From positions 1 through 41,597 of the IMG/VR virus record IMGVR_UViG_2537561603_000003: a DNA stretch of 41,597 nt; one strand, written 5' to 3'. This document shows positions 19,703-30,634 of this stretch, piece by piece. The position numbers were made by a program, and so were the translations under genes. Under the pieces are notes generated by a model that saw only the letters and a program-made list of their open reading frames with translations, ran no database searches and had not been told where the DNA came from. The number at the start of each line of letters is the position of its first letter. The stretch's first letter is position 1. Source of the DNA: a virus. Its lineage: Duplodnaviria > Heunggongvirae > Uroviricota > Caudoviricetes.

Positions 19703-19944
19703 TCTTTGTCCCTTTCATTAATAGTTATGTTGCCACCAATTTGTATACCGCTAGAGTTATCGCCGATTGTTTGGCTAACACCTTGCTCTTTAGCTTTGTT
19801 GCTTTTTAGATTTGCTAAGGCTGTTAGAAAAACGACCAAACTCGCTAATGCTGCTAGCGCTGTGGATAATGTTTGACTGGTTATGGCTTGATAGCCAAAG
19901 CCTAAAGCCGAACAAAAAGATACAAATACGATTAATTTTCTCAC
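19699..19944 (-). CDS. Small 2-TM membrane protein, about 81 aa
   Basis: Two hydrophobic helices (LIVFVSFCSALGFGY and LSTALAALASLVVFLTALANL); proposed GTG start at 19942-19944 has a GGAGA RBS. The track start (GTG at 20001) would overlap terS. Confidence 0.5.
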   Translation of the reverse strand: MRKLIVFVSFCSALGFGYQAITSQTLSTALAALASLVVFLTALANLKSNKAKEQGVSQTIGDNSSGIQIGGNITINERDKE

Positions 19945-19965
19945 GAAAATCTCCAGAGATAAAAC

Positions 19966-20517
19966 ATGGCACTTACTGACAAGCAAGAAATGTTCTGTCA
20001 CGAGTACCTCATCGATTTAAACGCCACGCAAGCGGCTATTCGGGCGGGGTACAGCGCAAAGACAGCTAACCGTACCGCATCCGAAAACTTGTCAAAACCT
20101 GACATCAAGTTAAGAATCGCCGAACTGAAAGCGCAACGCAATGATCTTGTTGGTATTAATGCAGAATATGTACTTAATCGCCTTCTTGAAATCGACCAGA
20201 TGGATGTGCTCGACATTCTCCTGCAAAACGGTGAGCTAAAACCCATTAAAGACTGGCCTAAGGTATGGCGCACAACGCTATCAGGAATGGATGTCGTGGA
20301 GATGGTATCCGCAGATAGCGCCGCACTTCTGAAGAAAATCAAATGGCCTGATAAGGTTAAAAACCTTGAGTTACTTGGGCGCCATGTTTCTGTTCAGGCG
20401 TTTAAAGACAACGTCAAAAATGAAGTGACTGGCGCTGATGGAGGACCAGTCAGAACAGAAATTACCAACTTAACGCCGGAGCAGGCTGCAGAGGCGTATA
20501 GAAAAATGATGGGCTAA
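19966..20517 (+). CDS. Terminase small subunit
   Basis: 183-aa product [57 protein letters not shown] has the N-terminal HTH region typical of small terminase subunits; directly precedes the large subunit. Confidence 0.8.
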   Translation: MALTDKQEMFCHEYLIDLNATQAAIRAGYSAKTANRTASENLSKPDIKLRIAELKAQRNDLVGINAEYVLNRLLEIDQMDVLDILLQNGELKPIKDWPKVWRTTLSGMDVVEMVSADSAALLKKIKWPDKVKNLELLGRHVSVQAFKDNVKNEVTGADGGPVRTEITNLTPEQAAEAYRKMMG

Positions 20518-20519
20518 GT

Positions 20520-22142
20520 ATGCCGTTACCATTCCCCTTCGATTTTAAACATCCTGATTACCAGATGGTTTTTGAATGGCGGATGGAACGCCTACAGCGC
20601 ATTCGCCAGAATCCTGAAATATTGCCTGCACTAAAACAGTTTTACCGAACCAATCCGGCTCAGTTCATCATCGACTGGGGCATGACAACGGACCCGCGTA
20701 ATATTGATTATGGCCTGCCGGTGACCATTCCGTTTTTACTCTTCCCTAAGCAGGAGGAGTGGATCCACTGGATTATGGAACGCTGGGGCAATCGGGAGAA
20801 TGGTATTACCGAAAAATCCCGTGAAATGGGGCTCAGTTGGACCGCGATCGGACTGGCCTGCTCGCTTTGTCTCTTCAACAAAGAAATGGTTATCGGTTTC
20901 GGCTCCCGTAAAGAGGAATACGTCGATAGCACCGGTGACCCGAAAGCATTGTTCTGGAAGGCGCGCAAGTTCGTGGAAACACTACCTGTAGAGTTTCGCG
21001 GTTCGTGGAGCGAGAAGAAGCACGCGCCATATATGCGTGTTGAGTTTCCTGAAACTGGTGCCGTTATCAAAGGCGAGGCTGGCGATAATATTGGTCGTGG
21101 TGACCGTACCACGCTTTATCTGGTTGATGAGGCTGCATTCCTTCAGCGTCCTCTGCTGATTGATGCGGCGTTGTCACAAACGACGCGTTGCCGTATCGAC
21201 CTGAGTTCAGTTAACGGCATGGCTAACCCGTTCGCTCAGAAGCGTCATGGCGGGAAGATACCGGTATTCACATTCCACTGGCGGGATGATCCTCGCAAGG
21301 ATGAAGAGTGGTATCGCAGGGAATGCGAGAAAATCGATAATCCGGTGGTGGTGGCACAGGAACTTGATCTGAACTACAGCGCATCAGCGGAAGGCGTCCT
21401 GATTCCATCCGAATGGGTACAGGCTGCCGTTGATGCGCATATCAAACTGGGTATCCAGCCAACAGGCAAACGACTTGGCGCGATGGATGTCGCTGATGAA
21501 GGCAGGGACAAAAATGCCTTTTCCACCCGTCATGGCTTCCTCCTGGAAAATGTGCGGGAATGGTCTGGTGTGGGCAGCGACATTTATCAGTCCGTCGAGA
21601 AGGTCTTCGGTTTTTGCGAACAGGACAACCTCGAAGAGTTTCGCTTTGATGAGGACGGGCTGGGCGCTGGCGTTCGCGGCGATGCACGCGCTATCAACGA
21701 ACTGCGTAACGCTGCGCGCCGACCGTCAATACTCGCCACACCGTTTCGAGGTAGTGGCGCGGTATTTGATCCGGATGATGAAGCTGTTCGCGGGGACAAC
21801 GGGCAAGCCGCACGTCTGAACAAGGACTTCTTCGCTAACGCCAAAGCCCAGAGCTGGTGGCGGTTACGTAAACTTTTCCAGAACACCTACCGTGCCGTGG
21901 TTGAGGGCATGGCCTACAACCCGGACGAAATCATCTCAATCAGCAGCGCCATGGCGAGCAAAGACAAACTCATCATCGAGCTGTCGCAGCCGACCTACTC
22001 CATTAACGGCGTGGGGAAAATCGTTGTTGATAAACAGCCTGACGGCACCAAGTCGCCGAACCTCGCCGACTCGGTGATGATCAGCTACGCGCCAATGAAT
22101 TCAGCCCTGAACATCTGGGAGCTGCTAGGGAGACAGGCCTGA
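20520..22142 (+). CDS. Terminase large subunit
   Basis: 540-aa protein with an N-terminal ATPase-like region and a C-terminal nuclease-like region; position between terS and portal; not lambda gpA-like. Confidence 0.8.
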   Translation: MPLPFPFDFKHPDYQMVFEWRMERLQRIRQNPEILPALKQFYRTNPAQFIIDWGMTTDPRNIDYGLPVTIPFLLFPKQEEWIHWIMERWGNRENGITEKSREMGLSWTAIGLACSLCLFNKEMVIGFGSRKEEYVDSTGDPKALFWKARKFVETLPVEFRGSWSEKKHAPYMRVEFPETGAVIKGEAGDNIGRGDRTTLYLVDEAAFLQRPLLIDAALSQTTRCRIDLSSVNGMANPFAQKRHGGKIPVFTFHWRDDPRKDEEWYRRECEKIDNPVVVAQELDLNYSASAEGVLIPSEWVQAAVDAHIKLGIQPTGKRLGAMDVADEGRDKNAFSTRHGFLLENVREWSGVGSDIYQSVEKVFGFCEQDNLEEFRFDEDGLGAGVRGDARAINELRNAARRPSILATPFRGSGAVFDPDDEAVRGDNGQAARLNKDFFANAKAQSWWRLRKLFQNTYRAVVEGMAYNPDEIISISSAMASKDKLIIELSQPTYSINGVGKIVVDKQPDGTKSPNLADSVMISYAPMNSALNIWELLGRQA

Positions 22143-23608
22143 TGGCACGAAACAAGCAAGCCTCTCAGCGAACGGCACAGGCCACCGCTGATGGCTATGA
22201 GAACTTTGTCGCCCGCGTGGGGATGCAGACGCCTAACCAGCACTCAGCATCGACCTACCGGGCTAACTTCACCAGCCGCAACCGCATGCTGGTGGAATGG
22301 TCCTATCGTTCGTCCTGGATCATCGGCGAAGCGGTCGACGCTATCCCGGACGATATGACCCGGAAAGGCATTCGCATCACTTCGGAGATTGACGCCAAAG
22401 ACCGTGGCACCCTGGAAGCGCAGCTGGATGAGTTGCAGATCTGGGATGCGCTGAACGACGTGCTGAAATGGTCGCGTCTCTACGGCGGCGCGGTTGGCTT
22501 CATCATGATTGAGGGGCAGGCACCAATGACCCCGTTGCGGCTCGAAACCATTGGAGAAGGCAAGTTTAAGGGCATTCTCCCGCTCGACCGCTGGATGATT
22601 AACCCGGTGCTGACCCGCCGCATTAAAGAGATGGGGCCGGACCTGGGTAAACCTGAGTTTTACGACGTGGTGACCACTGCAACGGGCATCCCGGCCTGGC
22701 GCATCCATCACAGCCGCCTGATTCGCTTTGATGGCGTCACGCTGCCATTTCAGCAGAAGATGACCGAGAACGAATGGGGAATGTCGGTTGTAGAGCGTAT
22801 CTGGGATCGTCTTACCGCGTTCGACAGCGCTACTGTCGGCGCGGCGCAGCTGGTCTACAAGGCGCATCTGCGTACCTACAGCGTGGAGAAGCTACGTGAG
22901 CTTATCGCACTTGGTGGTCCTGCGTATGAAGCGTTGCTGAAGAATATCGACCTGATTCGACAGTTCCAGAGTAATGAAGGCATGACGCTCATGGACTCGC
23001 GGGATAAGTTTGAAACCCATCAGTACAGCTTCAGTGGTCTGGATGACATCCTTTCGCAGTTTGCAGAACAGATTAGTGGCGCTGTTGGTATCCCACTGGT
23101 GAGGTTGTTCGGACAGTCCCCGAAAGGATTTTCTACCGGTGATGCAGACCTTGCCAACTATTACGACCGGGTAAGCTCGTTACAGGAGAGGCGTTTACGT
23201 CTTCCGGTGCGGCGGATACTGGACATCATGCATCGTTCGGAGCTTGGCAAGCCGCTGCCGGACGATTTCACGTTTGAGTTTAACCCGCTCTGGCAAATGT
23301 CTGATGTCGATCGCTCAACGGTGGCGTTAAACACTACCAACGCAATCAGTACGGCGCTGGGTGATGGTCTGATGACACTGAAAGCCGCTATGACTGATTT
23401 GCGCGAAAATTCTGACGTAACCGGCATCGGGGCATCCATTACCGACGAGGACATCGAGAATGCCGAAGATGAAGCGCCGCCCGGCATCGGCGAACCTGAT
23501 GACGAACCGCAGGAACCGTCAGGCGGAAATCCGCTATCGAACCAGCCTACGCAGGATAGCGCGGGCGGTCGGAGACATCGTAAATGGTCGCTACGATGGT
23601 TCAAATGA
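22142..23608 (+). CDS. Portal protein
   Basis: 488-aa protein immediately after terL (TGATG junction) with an acidic C-terminal tail; call rests on gene order and size. Confidence 0.7.
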   Translation: MARNKQASQRTAQATADGYENFVARVGMQTPNQHSASTYRANFTSRNRMLVEWSYRSSWIIGEAVDAIPDDMTRKGIRITSEIDAKDRGTLEAQLDELQIWDALNDVLKWSRLYGGAVGFIMIEGQAPMTPLRLETIGEGKFKGILPLDRWMINPVLTRRIKEMGPDLGKPEFYDVVTTATGIPAWRIHHSRLIRFDGVTLPFQQKMTENEWGMSVVERIWDRLTAFDSATVGAAQLVYKAHLRTYSVEKLRELIALGGPAYEALLKNIDLIRQFQSNEGMTLMDSRDKFETHQYSFSGLDDILSQFAEQISGAVGIPLVRLFGQSPKGFSTGDADLANYYDRVSSLQERRLRLPVRRILDIMHRSELGKPLPDDFTFEFNPLWQMSDVDRSTVALNTTNAISTALGDGLMTLKAAMTDLRENSDVTGIGASITDEDIENAEDEAPPGIGEPDDEPQEPSGGNPLSNQPTQDSAGGRRHRKWSLRWFK

Positions 23609-24233
23609 CAGTATCACGGAAATTATTGAGGCGCTGGAACGCTACAGTGAAATCATCACCCCCTGGGCGACAAAGGTCGCGGAAAACTTTACTGCGGACC
23701 TAACCCGGCAGAACGAGAAAGTTTGGCGGCAACACAGCAAGAACATCAGTCGCGAGCTCCGCAATCTTGTGGAAAGCGCTCCTGTGGGCCAGGTGATGCA
23801 ATCCATCATCGCCGAACAGGTCAAGTACATCAAATCGCTCCCCCTCGAGGCGGCTGACAGGGTGTACGACATCCAGAATCGGGCGATAGAAGCTGTTGTG
23901 ACCGGTGGGAGAGCAGAACATTTTGCTAAAGAAATAGCCGCATCGGGTGATATAGCAAAGTCCAGAGCTGACCTGATTGCCCGTACTGAACTTGGACGTG
24001 CAACCGGCGCGCTGGATCAGGCGCGTGCGCTGTCAATTGGTTCGAATGGTTATATCTGGCGTACAGCCGAAGATGGTGACGTCAGGCATTCTCATCGGGA
24101 AATGGAAGGTAAATTTGTCGAATGGGGCAAACCTCCAACGCTTGACGGCATGACCGGTCACGCTGGCGAGTTCCCGAATTGTCGCTGTTATAAAGAAATC
24201 GTTTTCCCCACCTCCCAATCTTATCCCGCCTGA
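23460..24233 (+). CDS. Head morphogenesis protein (Mu F / SPP1 gp7-like)
   Basis: C-terminal region ...GSNGYIWRTAEDGDVRHSHREMEGKFVEWGKPPTLDGMTGHAGEFPNCRCY is typical of this family. Start is uncertain (ATG at 23460, 23469 or 23499); the ORF overlaps the portal 3' end. Confidence 0.65.
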   Translation: MPKMKRRPASANLMTNRRNRQAEIRYRTSLRRIARAVGDIVNGRYDGSNDSITEIIEALERYSEIITPWATKVAENFTADLTRQNEKVWRQHSKNISRELRNLVESAPVGQVMQSIIAEQVKYIKSLPLEAADRVYDIQNRAIEAVVTGGRAEHFAKEIAASGDIAKSRADLIARTELGRATGALDQARALSIGSNGYIWRTAEDGDVRHSHREMEGKFVEWGKPPTLDGMTGHAGEFPNCRCYKEIVFPTSQSYPA

Positions 24234-24247
24234 ATCGCAGGTAACCC

Positions 24248-25468
24248 ATGAAATATTTTTTCAATACCCGGCTGGGAGAAACCCGCTACCAGCTGGCTGA
24301 CGGCTCGTTGCTGTGCAAAGACGTGCCGATAGGACGAACAGGTAAGCAGCTCTATGGTGCTGATGACCTGCCAAAACTGAAACCCGATAAGTTCGGTGAA
24401 ATAGTCGTCACGCGTTCTCCTGAGCAGGTATTCCATCCGACCACGCTTGCCTCATTCGAAGGGATGAGCATCACGATTCTGCATCCTGAAGATGAAAACG
24501 GGAATGTGCGGCTGGTAAATCCCGAGAACTGGAAAGAGCTTGCTGTCGGGCACCTCCAGAATGTCCGGCGCGGGACGGGTGAGCAGTCTGATTTGATGCT
24601 GGCTGACCTTATCGTCAAAGACGAAAACGCCATTCAGCTTATCGAAGATGGCCTGCGCGAAGTGTCGTGCGGCTATGACGCGGAGTACGAGCAGACCGAG
24701 CCAGGTAAAGCTGAGCAGGTCGATATTACCGGAAACCATGTGGCTCTTGTCCCTAAAGGCAGAGCCGGAAATCGTTGTGCAATTGGAGACAGAGACACAA
24801 TGGCAAATCAAAAGAAAAACTGGTGGAACCGCATGCGTGCGGCCATCAAGACAGGAGATGCCGACACCATGAACGAACTGGTGGAGTCGGCCCCCGCATC
24901 GGTTACAGGAGATGAGGGGGATTTGCCGCAGGGCGTTAATCTCAATATCAACCTGTCCCCGCAGCAACCACTACCGGACAAAGCACCAGAGATGGGTGGA
25001 GGTCCAACCGGCGACAGTGATGATGACCTCAAAACATTACTGAAAGCCCTGCTGGCTAAGCTGGAAGGAAATGCCACGGGCGATAACGATAATAAGCCTG
25101 ACGATAATCCGACCGGTGACGGCGAGGACGATGAAGAGGAAACCACGATTACTGGTGACTCAGCCTGGCGTGCCGAAGTTATCGTTCCGGGTATCGATCT
25201 GAGCCGTAAGATGAAACCGACCGAGTTCAAACGCGAGGTTCTGGCTTCCGCAGATAAAACGCTGGTTCGCCAGATCGTCGGTGATGCGGATATCCGCAAA
25301 TTGCCGAAACAATCGGTCGACATGGCGTTTAATGCCGTGTCTGAGATTGCCAAAGGGCGAAACACCCGCGCCACCACCGGCGATGCACAGCGCCCAAACA
25401 TGGGCATGACCAGTATCGCTTCCCTGAACAAACAAAACGCTGAATTCTGGGCAAACCGTAAAGGGTAA
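24248..25468 (+). CDS. Putative prohead protease/scaffold protein
   Basis: 406-aa protein between the head-morphogenesis and capsid genes, with an acidic low-complexity middle (GDGEDDEEE); functional call is by position only. Confidence 0.45.
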   Translation: MKYFFNTRLGETRYQLADGSLLCKDVPIGRTGKQLYGADDLPKLKPDKFGEIVVTRSPEQVFHPTTLASFEGMSITILHPEDENGNVRLVNPENWKELAVGHLQNVRRGTGEQSDLMLADLIVKDENAIQLIEDGLREVSCGYDAEYEQTEPGKAEQVDITGNHVALVPKGRAGNRCAIGDRDTMANQKKNWWNRMRAAIKTGDADTMNELVESAPASVTGDEGDLPQGVNLNINLSPQQPLPDKAPEMGGGPTGDSDDDLKTLLKALLAKLEGNATGDNDNKPDDNPTGDGEDDEEETTITGDSAWRAEVIVPGIDLSRKMKPTEFKREVLASADKTLVRQIVGDADIRKLPKQSVDMAFNAVSEIAKGRNTRATTGDAQRPNMGMTSIASLNKQNAEFWANRKG

Positions 25469-25471
25469 AAA

Positions 25472-25978
25472 ATGAATAATGTATTTCTGTACCGGATGCC
25501 TGTTGGCATTGCCGGGGCTATCTCTCGCCCGCAGGACTTAACCGTCGAACCGGTGGTCCTTAAATCCGATAACGCCTTCGCTGCCTATGGCCTGGCTGGT
25601 AAATACGATGATGACGGTTTTTTCGTGCCGCTGGCAGATGGTGATACCGCAGACAAGGTGAAGGGGATCTACGTGCGCCCTTATCCGACCACGTCGCAGC
25701 CGGACATGGTTCGCCAGGTGGGAACAGGCAAGAACTTCCCTGGCGACGCCATGAAGCGTGGCTACGTGACTGTTAATCTCGGTTCTGATTTTGATGCCAG
25801 CACCATCAAAAAAGGCGACCCGGTATACGTTGTCGTCTCCACTGATGAATCCATCAAAGTGCCGCTGGGTGGATTCATGTCCACGTCAGTCAGTGGCAAA
25901 AATGTGGTGCTGACCAACGCTGAATTCACAGGTGCCGGTGATGCTGACGGCAATGCAGAAATTTCCTGGAAGATTTAA
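25472..25978 (+). CDS. Head structural protein (decoration or scaffold-like)
   Basis: 168-aa ORF directly upstream of the major capsid gene; by position. Confidence 0.4.
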   Translation: MNNVFLYRMPVGIAGAISRPQDLTVEPVVLKSDNAFAAYGLAGKYDDDGFFVPLADGDTADKVKGIYVRPYPTTSQPDMVRQVGTGKNFPGDAMKRGYVTVNLGSDFDASTIKKGDPVYVVVSTDESIKVPLGGFMSTSVSGKNVVLTNAEFTGAGDADGNAEISWKI

Positions 25979-25989
25979 GGAACAGACGA

Positions 25990-26931
25990 ATGATTACTTT
26001 TGATCAGGCAACCGTTGACAGCTCTGGTGCCTTTCTCATCGGGGAGCTGGAGCGACTCGACCAGACGCTGAACCTGCCACTGGTGGGGTACACCTGGACC
26101 CGCGATATCCAACTGCGTGAAGATGTCTCCATCGCAGATGACATTTCCAGCTGGACGAATACCAGCTTCGCCGCTGCGGGTACTGGTGCAAATCCGAATG
26201 GCAAAAACTGGGTAGGCAAAGACTCAACCGCTATTGCTGGCGTGAACGTGGATATCGGCAAATCCGGTAACCCGCTGAACCTGTGGGGGATGGAACTTGG
26301 CTGGACGGTCATAGAATTGCAGGCTGCTCAGCAGGTCGGCCGCCCGATTGATACGCAGAAGTATGACGGTATGCAACTGAAATGGCAGATGGATAACGAT
26401 GAACAGGTATATGTTGGCGATTCCGCATTAAACCTGAAAGGCCTTGTTACCCTGGACGGCGTGCCTGTCAACAACGCTGCCAAAACGTGGGCAACCTCAA
26501 CACCGGACGAAATCCGCGCAAGCATTAACCAGGTGCTGTCTGATGCGTGGGCCGCTTCCGGTTACTCTGTGGTTCCGCGTGATTTGCTGATCCCGCCTGA
26601 GCAGTTTGCTCTGTTGTCCAGCATTATCGTTTCATCTGCGGGTAACCAGTCCCTGTTGACGTACCTTCAGACCAACACCATCAGCTATCACCAGAACGGT
26701 GTTCCGCTGAATATCCGCGCGGTTAAATGGCTGAAAGGCCGTGGTGTGGGGAATAAGGATCGCATGGTTGCGTACACCAACGATAAAAAATACGTCCGCT
26801 ACCCGCTGGTTCCGCTTCAGAGCGTGCCGGTGCAGTATCGCGGTCTGTATCAGATCGTCACTTACTACGGCAAGCTGGGTGCAGTCGAGCCAGTGTACAA
26901 AGAAACTCTTTCGTACGTTGATGGCATTTAA
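25990..26931 (+). CDS. Major capsid protein
   Basis: 313-aa ORF at the expected place in the head module; size and composition fit a major capsid protein; not lambda gpE-like. Confidence 0.65.
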   Translation: MITFDQATVDSSGAFLIGELERLDQTLNLPLVGYTWTRDIQLREDVSIADDISSWTNTSFAAAGTGANPNGKNWVGKDSTAIAGVNVDIGKSGNPLNLWGMELGWTVIELQAAQQVGRPIDTQKYDGMQLKWQMDNDEQVYVGDSALNLKGLVTLDGVPVNNAAKTWATSTPDEIRASINQVLSDAWAASGYSVVPRDLLIPPEQFALLSSIIVSSAGNQSLLTYLQTNTISYHQNGVPLNIRAVKWLKGRGVGNKDRMVAYTNDKKYVRYPLVPLQSVPVQYRGLYQIVTYYGKLGAVEPVYKETLSYVDGI

Positions 26932-26971
26932 CAGCCATATGGCCCCTGGCGGGGCCATTAAGGATGACCCG

Positions 26972-27193
26972 ATGGCAAAAAATAATGCAGTAATACACGT
27001 ACATACCCCGTTTGTGCTCACGCTTCCCGACGGTTCGCGGCGCGAGTTTGTTAAAGGCCGTCATGCTGTGGAGGAAGACGTTGCCACGCACTGGTTCACT
27101 CGTGCGCACGCGGAAGTATCCGTTGGCAAAGCCACAGACGCGCGTAACGAGGTAAAAAATGCCAAAGAATCAAAGTCTGCCAGCGGTAAGTGA
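26972..27193 (+). CDS. Small head-associated hypothetical protein
   Basis: ATG at 26972 with an AAGGA RBS (26960-26964); 73 aa. Confidence 0.4.
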   Translation: MAKNNAVIHVHTPFVLTLPDGSRREFVKGRHAVEEDVATHWFTRAHAEVSVGKATDARNEVKNAKESKSASGK

Positions 27194-27566
27194 TTTTCGC
27201 CGCGACTTCCCGCAGTTTGCTGACCCTGCCAAATATCCCGAAGCGCAAATCCAGTTTCGTCTGAATCTGGCCGATGAACTGCTGAGCGAAAACGTCACCG
27301 GCAAAAAGTTGTTTCCGTACTTTGCCGGATTGTTCGTTGCACACTACATGACGCTCTGGGCGGCAGACAGCCGGGCGATGCTGGCTGGCGGGCCGGGCGG
27401 TTCAACCAATGGTGTTCAGTCCTCAAAGTCCGTGGATAAGGTAAGCGTCAGTTATGACACCAGCGCGACGCTGAATCCTGATGCAGGTTTCTGGAATAAC
27501 ACCCGATATGGCGCTGAATTTTATCAGTTGATCACGATGTTCGGTGCAGGTGGTCGCCAGCTATGA
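27159..27566 (+). CDS. Head-tail connector/completion protein (putative)
   Basis: 135-aa ORF in a run of overlapping genes between capsid and tail; by position. Confidence 0.45.
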   Translation: MPKNQSLPAVSDFRRDFPQFADPAKYPEAQIQFRLNLADELLSENVTGKKLFPYFAGLFVAHYMTLWAADSRAMLAGGPGGSTNGVQSSKSVDKVSVSYDTSATLNPDAGFWNNTRYGAEFYQLITMFGAGGRQL

Positions 27567-28117
27567 GTTTCAAAAGCGGTGTAACAACGAGGGTGGATAA
27601 CGCTAAGGCCATTCTGGATGCGCTCAGATCGTTAACCAAAAAAGATGTGCTGGTCGGCATCCCTTCGGAAGACAGCGAGCGGGATGATGTTCCGTTTGGT
27701 AATGCGGGCATCGGTTACCTCAACGAATACGGCTCACCAGAGCAGAACATCCCGCCACGACCTCACCTGGTCCCCGGCGTTAAATCGGCAGAAGAGCAGA
27801 CGGTGCCGCAGCTCAAAGCCGCGGCGCAGGCTGCTCTTGATGGTAATGCTGCGGGAGCAGAAAGCGCACTCAACCGTGCCGGAACGCTGGCCGCTAATGG
27901 CGTCAGGCGTTACATGACCATTACCGGCTTTACGCCGCTTGCTGACAGTACTGTTGAAGCCCGGGCTCGTCGGGGGCGCAAGGGGGCAACACTGGAACTT
28001 GCCCGGCGTGCTGCTGGCGAATCTCCGGGAACCGATCTGGCGAAACCATTAATTGATACCGGGCAATATCGCAGAGCTATTACCCATGTTGTGAGGGATA
28101 AAAATGCCGACTCTTGA
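27563..28117 (+). CDS. Virion structural protein (putative)
   Basis: 184-aa ORF with ATGA-type coupling to the previous gene. Confidence 0.45.
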   Translation: MSFKSGVTTRVDNAKAILDALRSLTKKDVLVGIPSEDSERDDVPFGNAGIGYLNEYGSPEQNIPPRPHLVPGVKSAEEQTVPQLKAAAQAALDGNAAGAESALNRAGTLAANGVRRYMTITGFTPLADSTVEARARRGRKGATLELARRAAGESPGTDLAKPLIDTGQYRRAITHVVRDKNADS

Positions 28118-28493
28118 TGTAACAGATGTGCTTTTTGACCCCGATTTTTGCGACTTCAATTTGTGGGTAACACGCCGAGTGCAAACGGTGGATGAGGACG
28201 GGATCGGCAGCGACAGCGAAGTTAAAAAGCAGTTTGCCGGAGTCGTTACTGTTGATCGCTCTCTGGAAAACCGTCGTATGCAGGCCGGGCAGGTAATCAG
28301 TGGTGCAATTCTGATTGTGACGACTGAGCGACTGACGCAGGGACAGACTGGCCGTGATGCCGATATCGTGACGTATCAGGACCGTGATTATCGTGTGACC
28401 TTCGTCGACCCGTATACAGCTTATGGTGCCGGATTCGTTCAGGCGCATTGTGAGGTGATGCCGTTTGATGGGGGAACTCCGGTTGAGCAATAA
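28104..28493 (+). CDS. Virion structural protein (putative)
   Basis: 129-aa ORF, tightly packed. Confidence 0.45.
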   Translation: MPTLDVTDVLFDPDFCDFNLWVTRRVQTVDEDGIGSDSEVKKQFAGVVTVDRSLENRRMQAGQVISGAILIVTTERLTQGQTGRDADIVTYQDRDYRVTFVDPYTAYGAGFVQAHCEVMPFDGGTPVEQ

Positions 28494-29031
28494 CACCAGT
28501 ACAGAGCGCGGATGGTTAATACCAACCAGTGGCGATCCGGATTATGACGAAGCGCTCGACAGGCTGTTAAGCCAGTGGATGCGTAACGTTTCCGGTCTGT
28601 CTGCCGGGATGGTTCGCCCGCGCTGGCAGAAAGAGCAGCCACCACTGCTACCGGTTGAAACGAACTGGTGTGCGTTTGGGGTTATCGGATGGTCAGGTGA
28701 TGACAGTCCTGCATTCATCAGACAGGCCGATGATGGCTCTCAGCTCTGGCGGCATGAAACGATTGAGTGTATGGCTTCGTTTTATGGTCCGGCGGGGATG
28801 GTGTATGCGTCCCGGTTTCGTGACGGTATATCTGTACCGCAGAACAACGCAGCACTGAATGCGCTGGGGCTGTCTCTTGGCGATTACACAGGTCTGACTC
28901 CCTTCCCTGAACTTATTAATCAGCAATGGGTCCGCCGCTACGATATGACGGTGCGTCTGCGCCGGAAGGTTGTGCGCGAGTACGGTATTAAATCGCTGGT
29001 GGAAGCACCAGTCATCTTTTTCGGAGATTAA
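28468..29031 (+). CDS. Virion structural protein (putative)
   Basis: ATG at 28468; the track start at 28465 is a TTG. Confidence 0.45.
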   Translation: MGELRLSNNTSTERGWLIPTSGDPDYDEALDRLLSQWMRNVSGLSAGMVRPRWQKEQPPLLPVETNWCAFGVIGWSGDDSPAFIRQADDGSQLWRHETIECMASFYGPAGMVYASRFRDGISVPQNNAALNALGLSLGDYTGLTPFPELINQQWVRRYDMTVRLRRKVVREYGIKSLVEAPVIFFGD

Positions 29032-29034
29032 GCT

Positions 29035-30180
29035 ATGGCACAGGGCTTGCCTGTATCAAACGTTGTTAATGTTGATGTGATCATGTCGCCGCGTGCAGCA
29101 TCAGGGCGAAATTTTGGTGCATTACTCATTCTCGGCCCGTCCACAATCATTCCGGTAAGTGAGCGCATTCGCCGTTATTCTGCCGCGGAAGATATTGGAA
29201 AAGATTTTGGCGTGGAATCACCAGAATATAAGGCTGCGCAGGTGTTTTTCTCACAATCACCGAAACCTCAGGAGGTTTTTGTTGGTCGTTGGGTGAAAAC
29301 GAAGGGAGACAGCGAACAGGCCACGCCTGAGACGCTGGAGCAGGCTGTGAATGCCATGCTTGATTATACTTCATGGTATGGGCTGGGGATTGCAGACGAT
29401 GCAGATATTCCGGATGCAGACTGGCTGAAAGTGGCTGCGGCGATCGAATCCTCTTCTGTAAGCCGTATTCTGGCGATTACGACAAGCGATGAGAAATGCC
29501 TGCAGACTGCATCCAGCGATGATTTGGCATCAAAACTGAAAACCGCCGGATATTCACGCAGTTTTATTCAGTATTCATCGGGTAATAAATACGCTGCGTT
29601 ATCTGCATTTGGCCGGGCATTCACGGTTAATTTCAATGGCAGTAATACCGCGATTACGCTCAAGTTTAAGCAGGAGCCGGGTGTCGGGTATGAAACACTG
29701 ACAGTCAGCCAGGCATCGGCACTTGATGCAAAAAACTGCAATGTGTTCGTGTACTACCAGAATGATACAGCTATCCTCCAGCAGGGAGTGATGGCTAACG
29801 GCGATTTCTTTGATGAACGCCACGGCCTGGACTGGTTACAGAATTATGTGCAGACCAACCTCTATAACCTGCTTTATACCAGCACCACGAAGGTTCCCCA
29901 GACTGAAGCCGGTATTACCCGACTGTTATCAAATGTAGAAAAATCACTGGATCAGGCCGTTCAGAATGGACTGATTGCTCCGGGCGTATGGAACGGTGGC
30001 GACCTTGGTCAGTTGTCATCAGGTGACACGCTGCCCAAAGGTTATTACGTATACGCCCAGCCGCTGGATGAACAGGCACAATCAGAACGTGAAGCCCGTA
30101 AGGCTCCGGTGATTCAGGCTGCAATAAAACTTGCAGGCGCGGTTCATTACGCTGACGTACAGATTAACGTTGTTCGCTAA
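29035..30180 (+). CDS. Tail sheath-like protein (putative)
   Basis: 381-aa ORF directly upstream of a tube-sized gene, a chaperone-sized gene and the tape measure gene, the gene order of contractile tails. Confidence 0.5.
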   Translation: MAQGLPVSNVVNVDVIMSPRAASGRNFGALLILGPSTIIPVSERIRRYSAAEDIGKDFGVESPEYKAAQVFFSQSPKPQEVFVGRWVKTKGDSEQATPETLEQAVNAMLDYTSWYGLGIADDADIPDADWLKVAAAIESSSVSRILAITTSDEKCLQTASSDDLASKLKTAGYSRSFIQYSSGNKYAALSAFGRAFTVNFNGSNTAITLKFKQEPGVGYETLTVSQASALDAKNCNVFVYYQNDTAILQQGVMANGDFFDERHGLDWLQNYVQTNLYNLLYTSTTKVPQTEAGITRLLSNVEKSLDQAVQNGLIAPGVWNGGDLGQLSSGDTLPKGYYVYAQPLDEQAQSEREARKAPVIQAAIKLAGAVHYADVQINVVR

Positions 30181-30190
30181 GGGGAAGTGA

Positions 30191-30631
30191 ATGTCTACCT
30201 ATTCTTTTATGGATGTCACTGCGACGCTGACCGGGCCGACCGGTTCGATTGACCTCGGGTACGGTTCGGCAAGTTCTGAAGAGGGGATTGTGGTTGCGAT
30301 GGGCGGTCCTAAAAACACCATGACCATCGGTGCTGATGGCGAAGTGATGCACAGCCTCCATGCAGATAAAAGCGGGACGATTACCGTTAACCTTCTGAAG
30401 ACATCACCGACAAATAAAAAATTGTCGCTGGCGTATAACGCACAGAGCCAGTCTTCTGCCACATGGGGGAATAACGTTATTGTGATCCGAAACAAGGTCA
30501 GCGGCGACATCATCACAGCACGCAGTGTTGCGTTCCAGAAACAACCGGATAACGCCAACGCTAAAACCGGTAATACGATGCCGTGGGTGTTTGACTGCGG
30601 CAAGATTGACCAGGTTCTCGGGGAGTTTTAA
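30191..30631 (+). CDS. Tail tube protein (putative)
   Basis: 146-aa ORF following the sheath-like gene; by position. Confidence 0.45.
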   Translation: MSTYSFMDVTATLTGPTGSIDLGYGSASSEEGIVVAMGGPKNTMTIGADGEVMHSLHADKSGTITVNLLKTSPTNKKLSLAYNAQSQSSATWGNNVIVIRNKVSGDIITARSVAFQKQPDNANAKTGNTMPWVFDCGKIDQVLGEF

Positions 30632-30634
30632 TAC

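Noticed and set aside
19699-20001. 100-aa form of the membrane protein starting at GTG 20001
   Set aside because: It would overlap the terS start by 36 nt on the opposite strand; an in-frame GTG at 19944 with a GGAGA RBS is more plausible.
24352-25509. Several long antisense ORFs inside head genes (for example 24808-25509 and 24452-24967)
   Set aside because: Antisense shadows of GC-rich coding sequence; Ser/Pro/Arg-rich translations with no start context.
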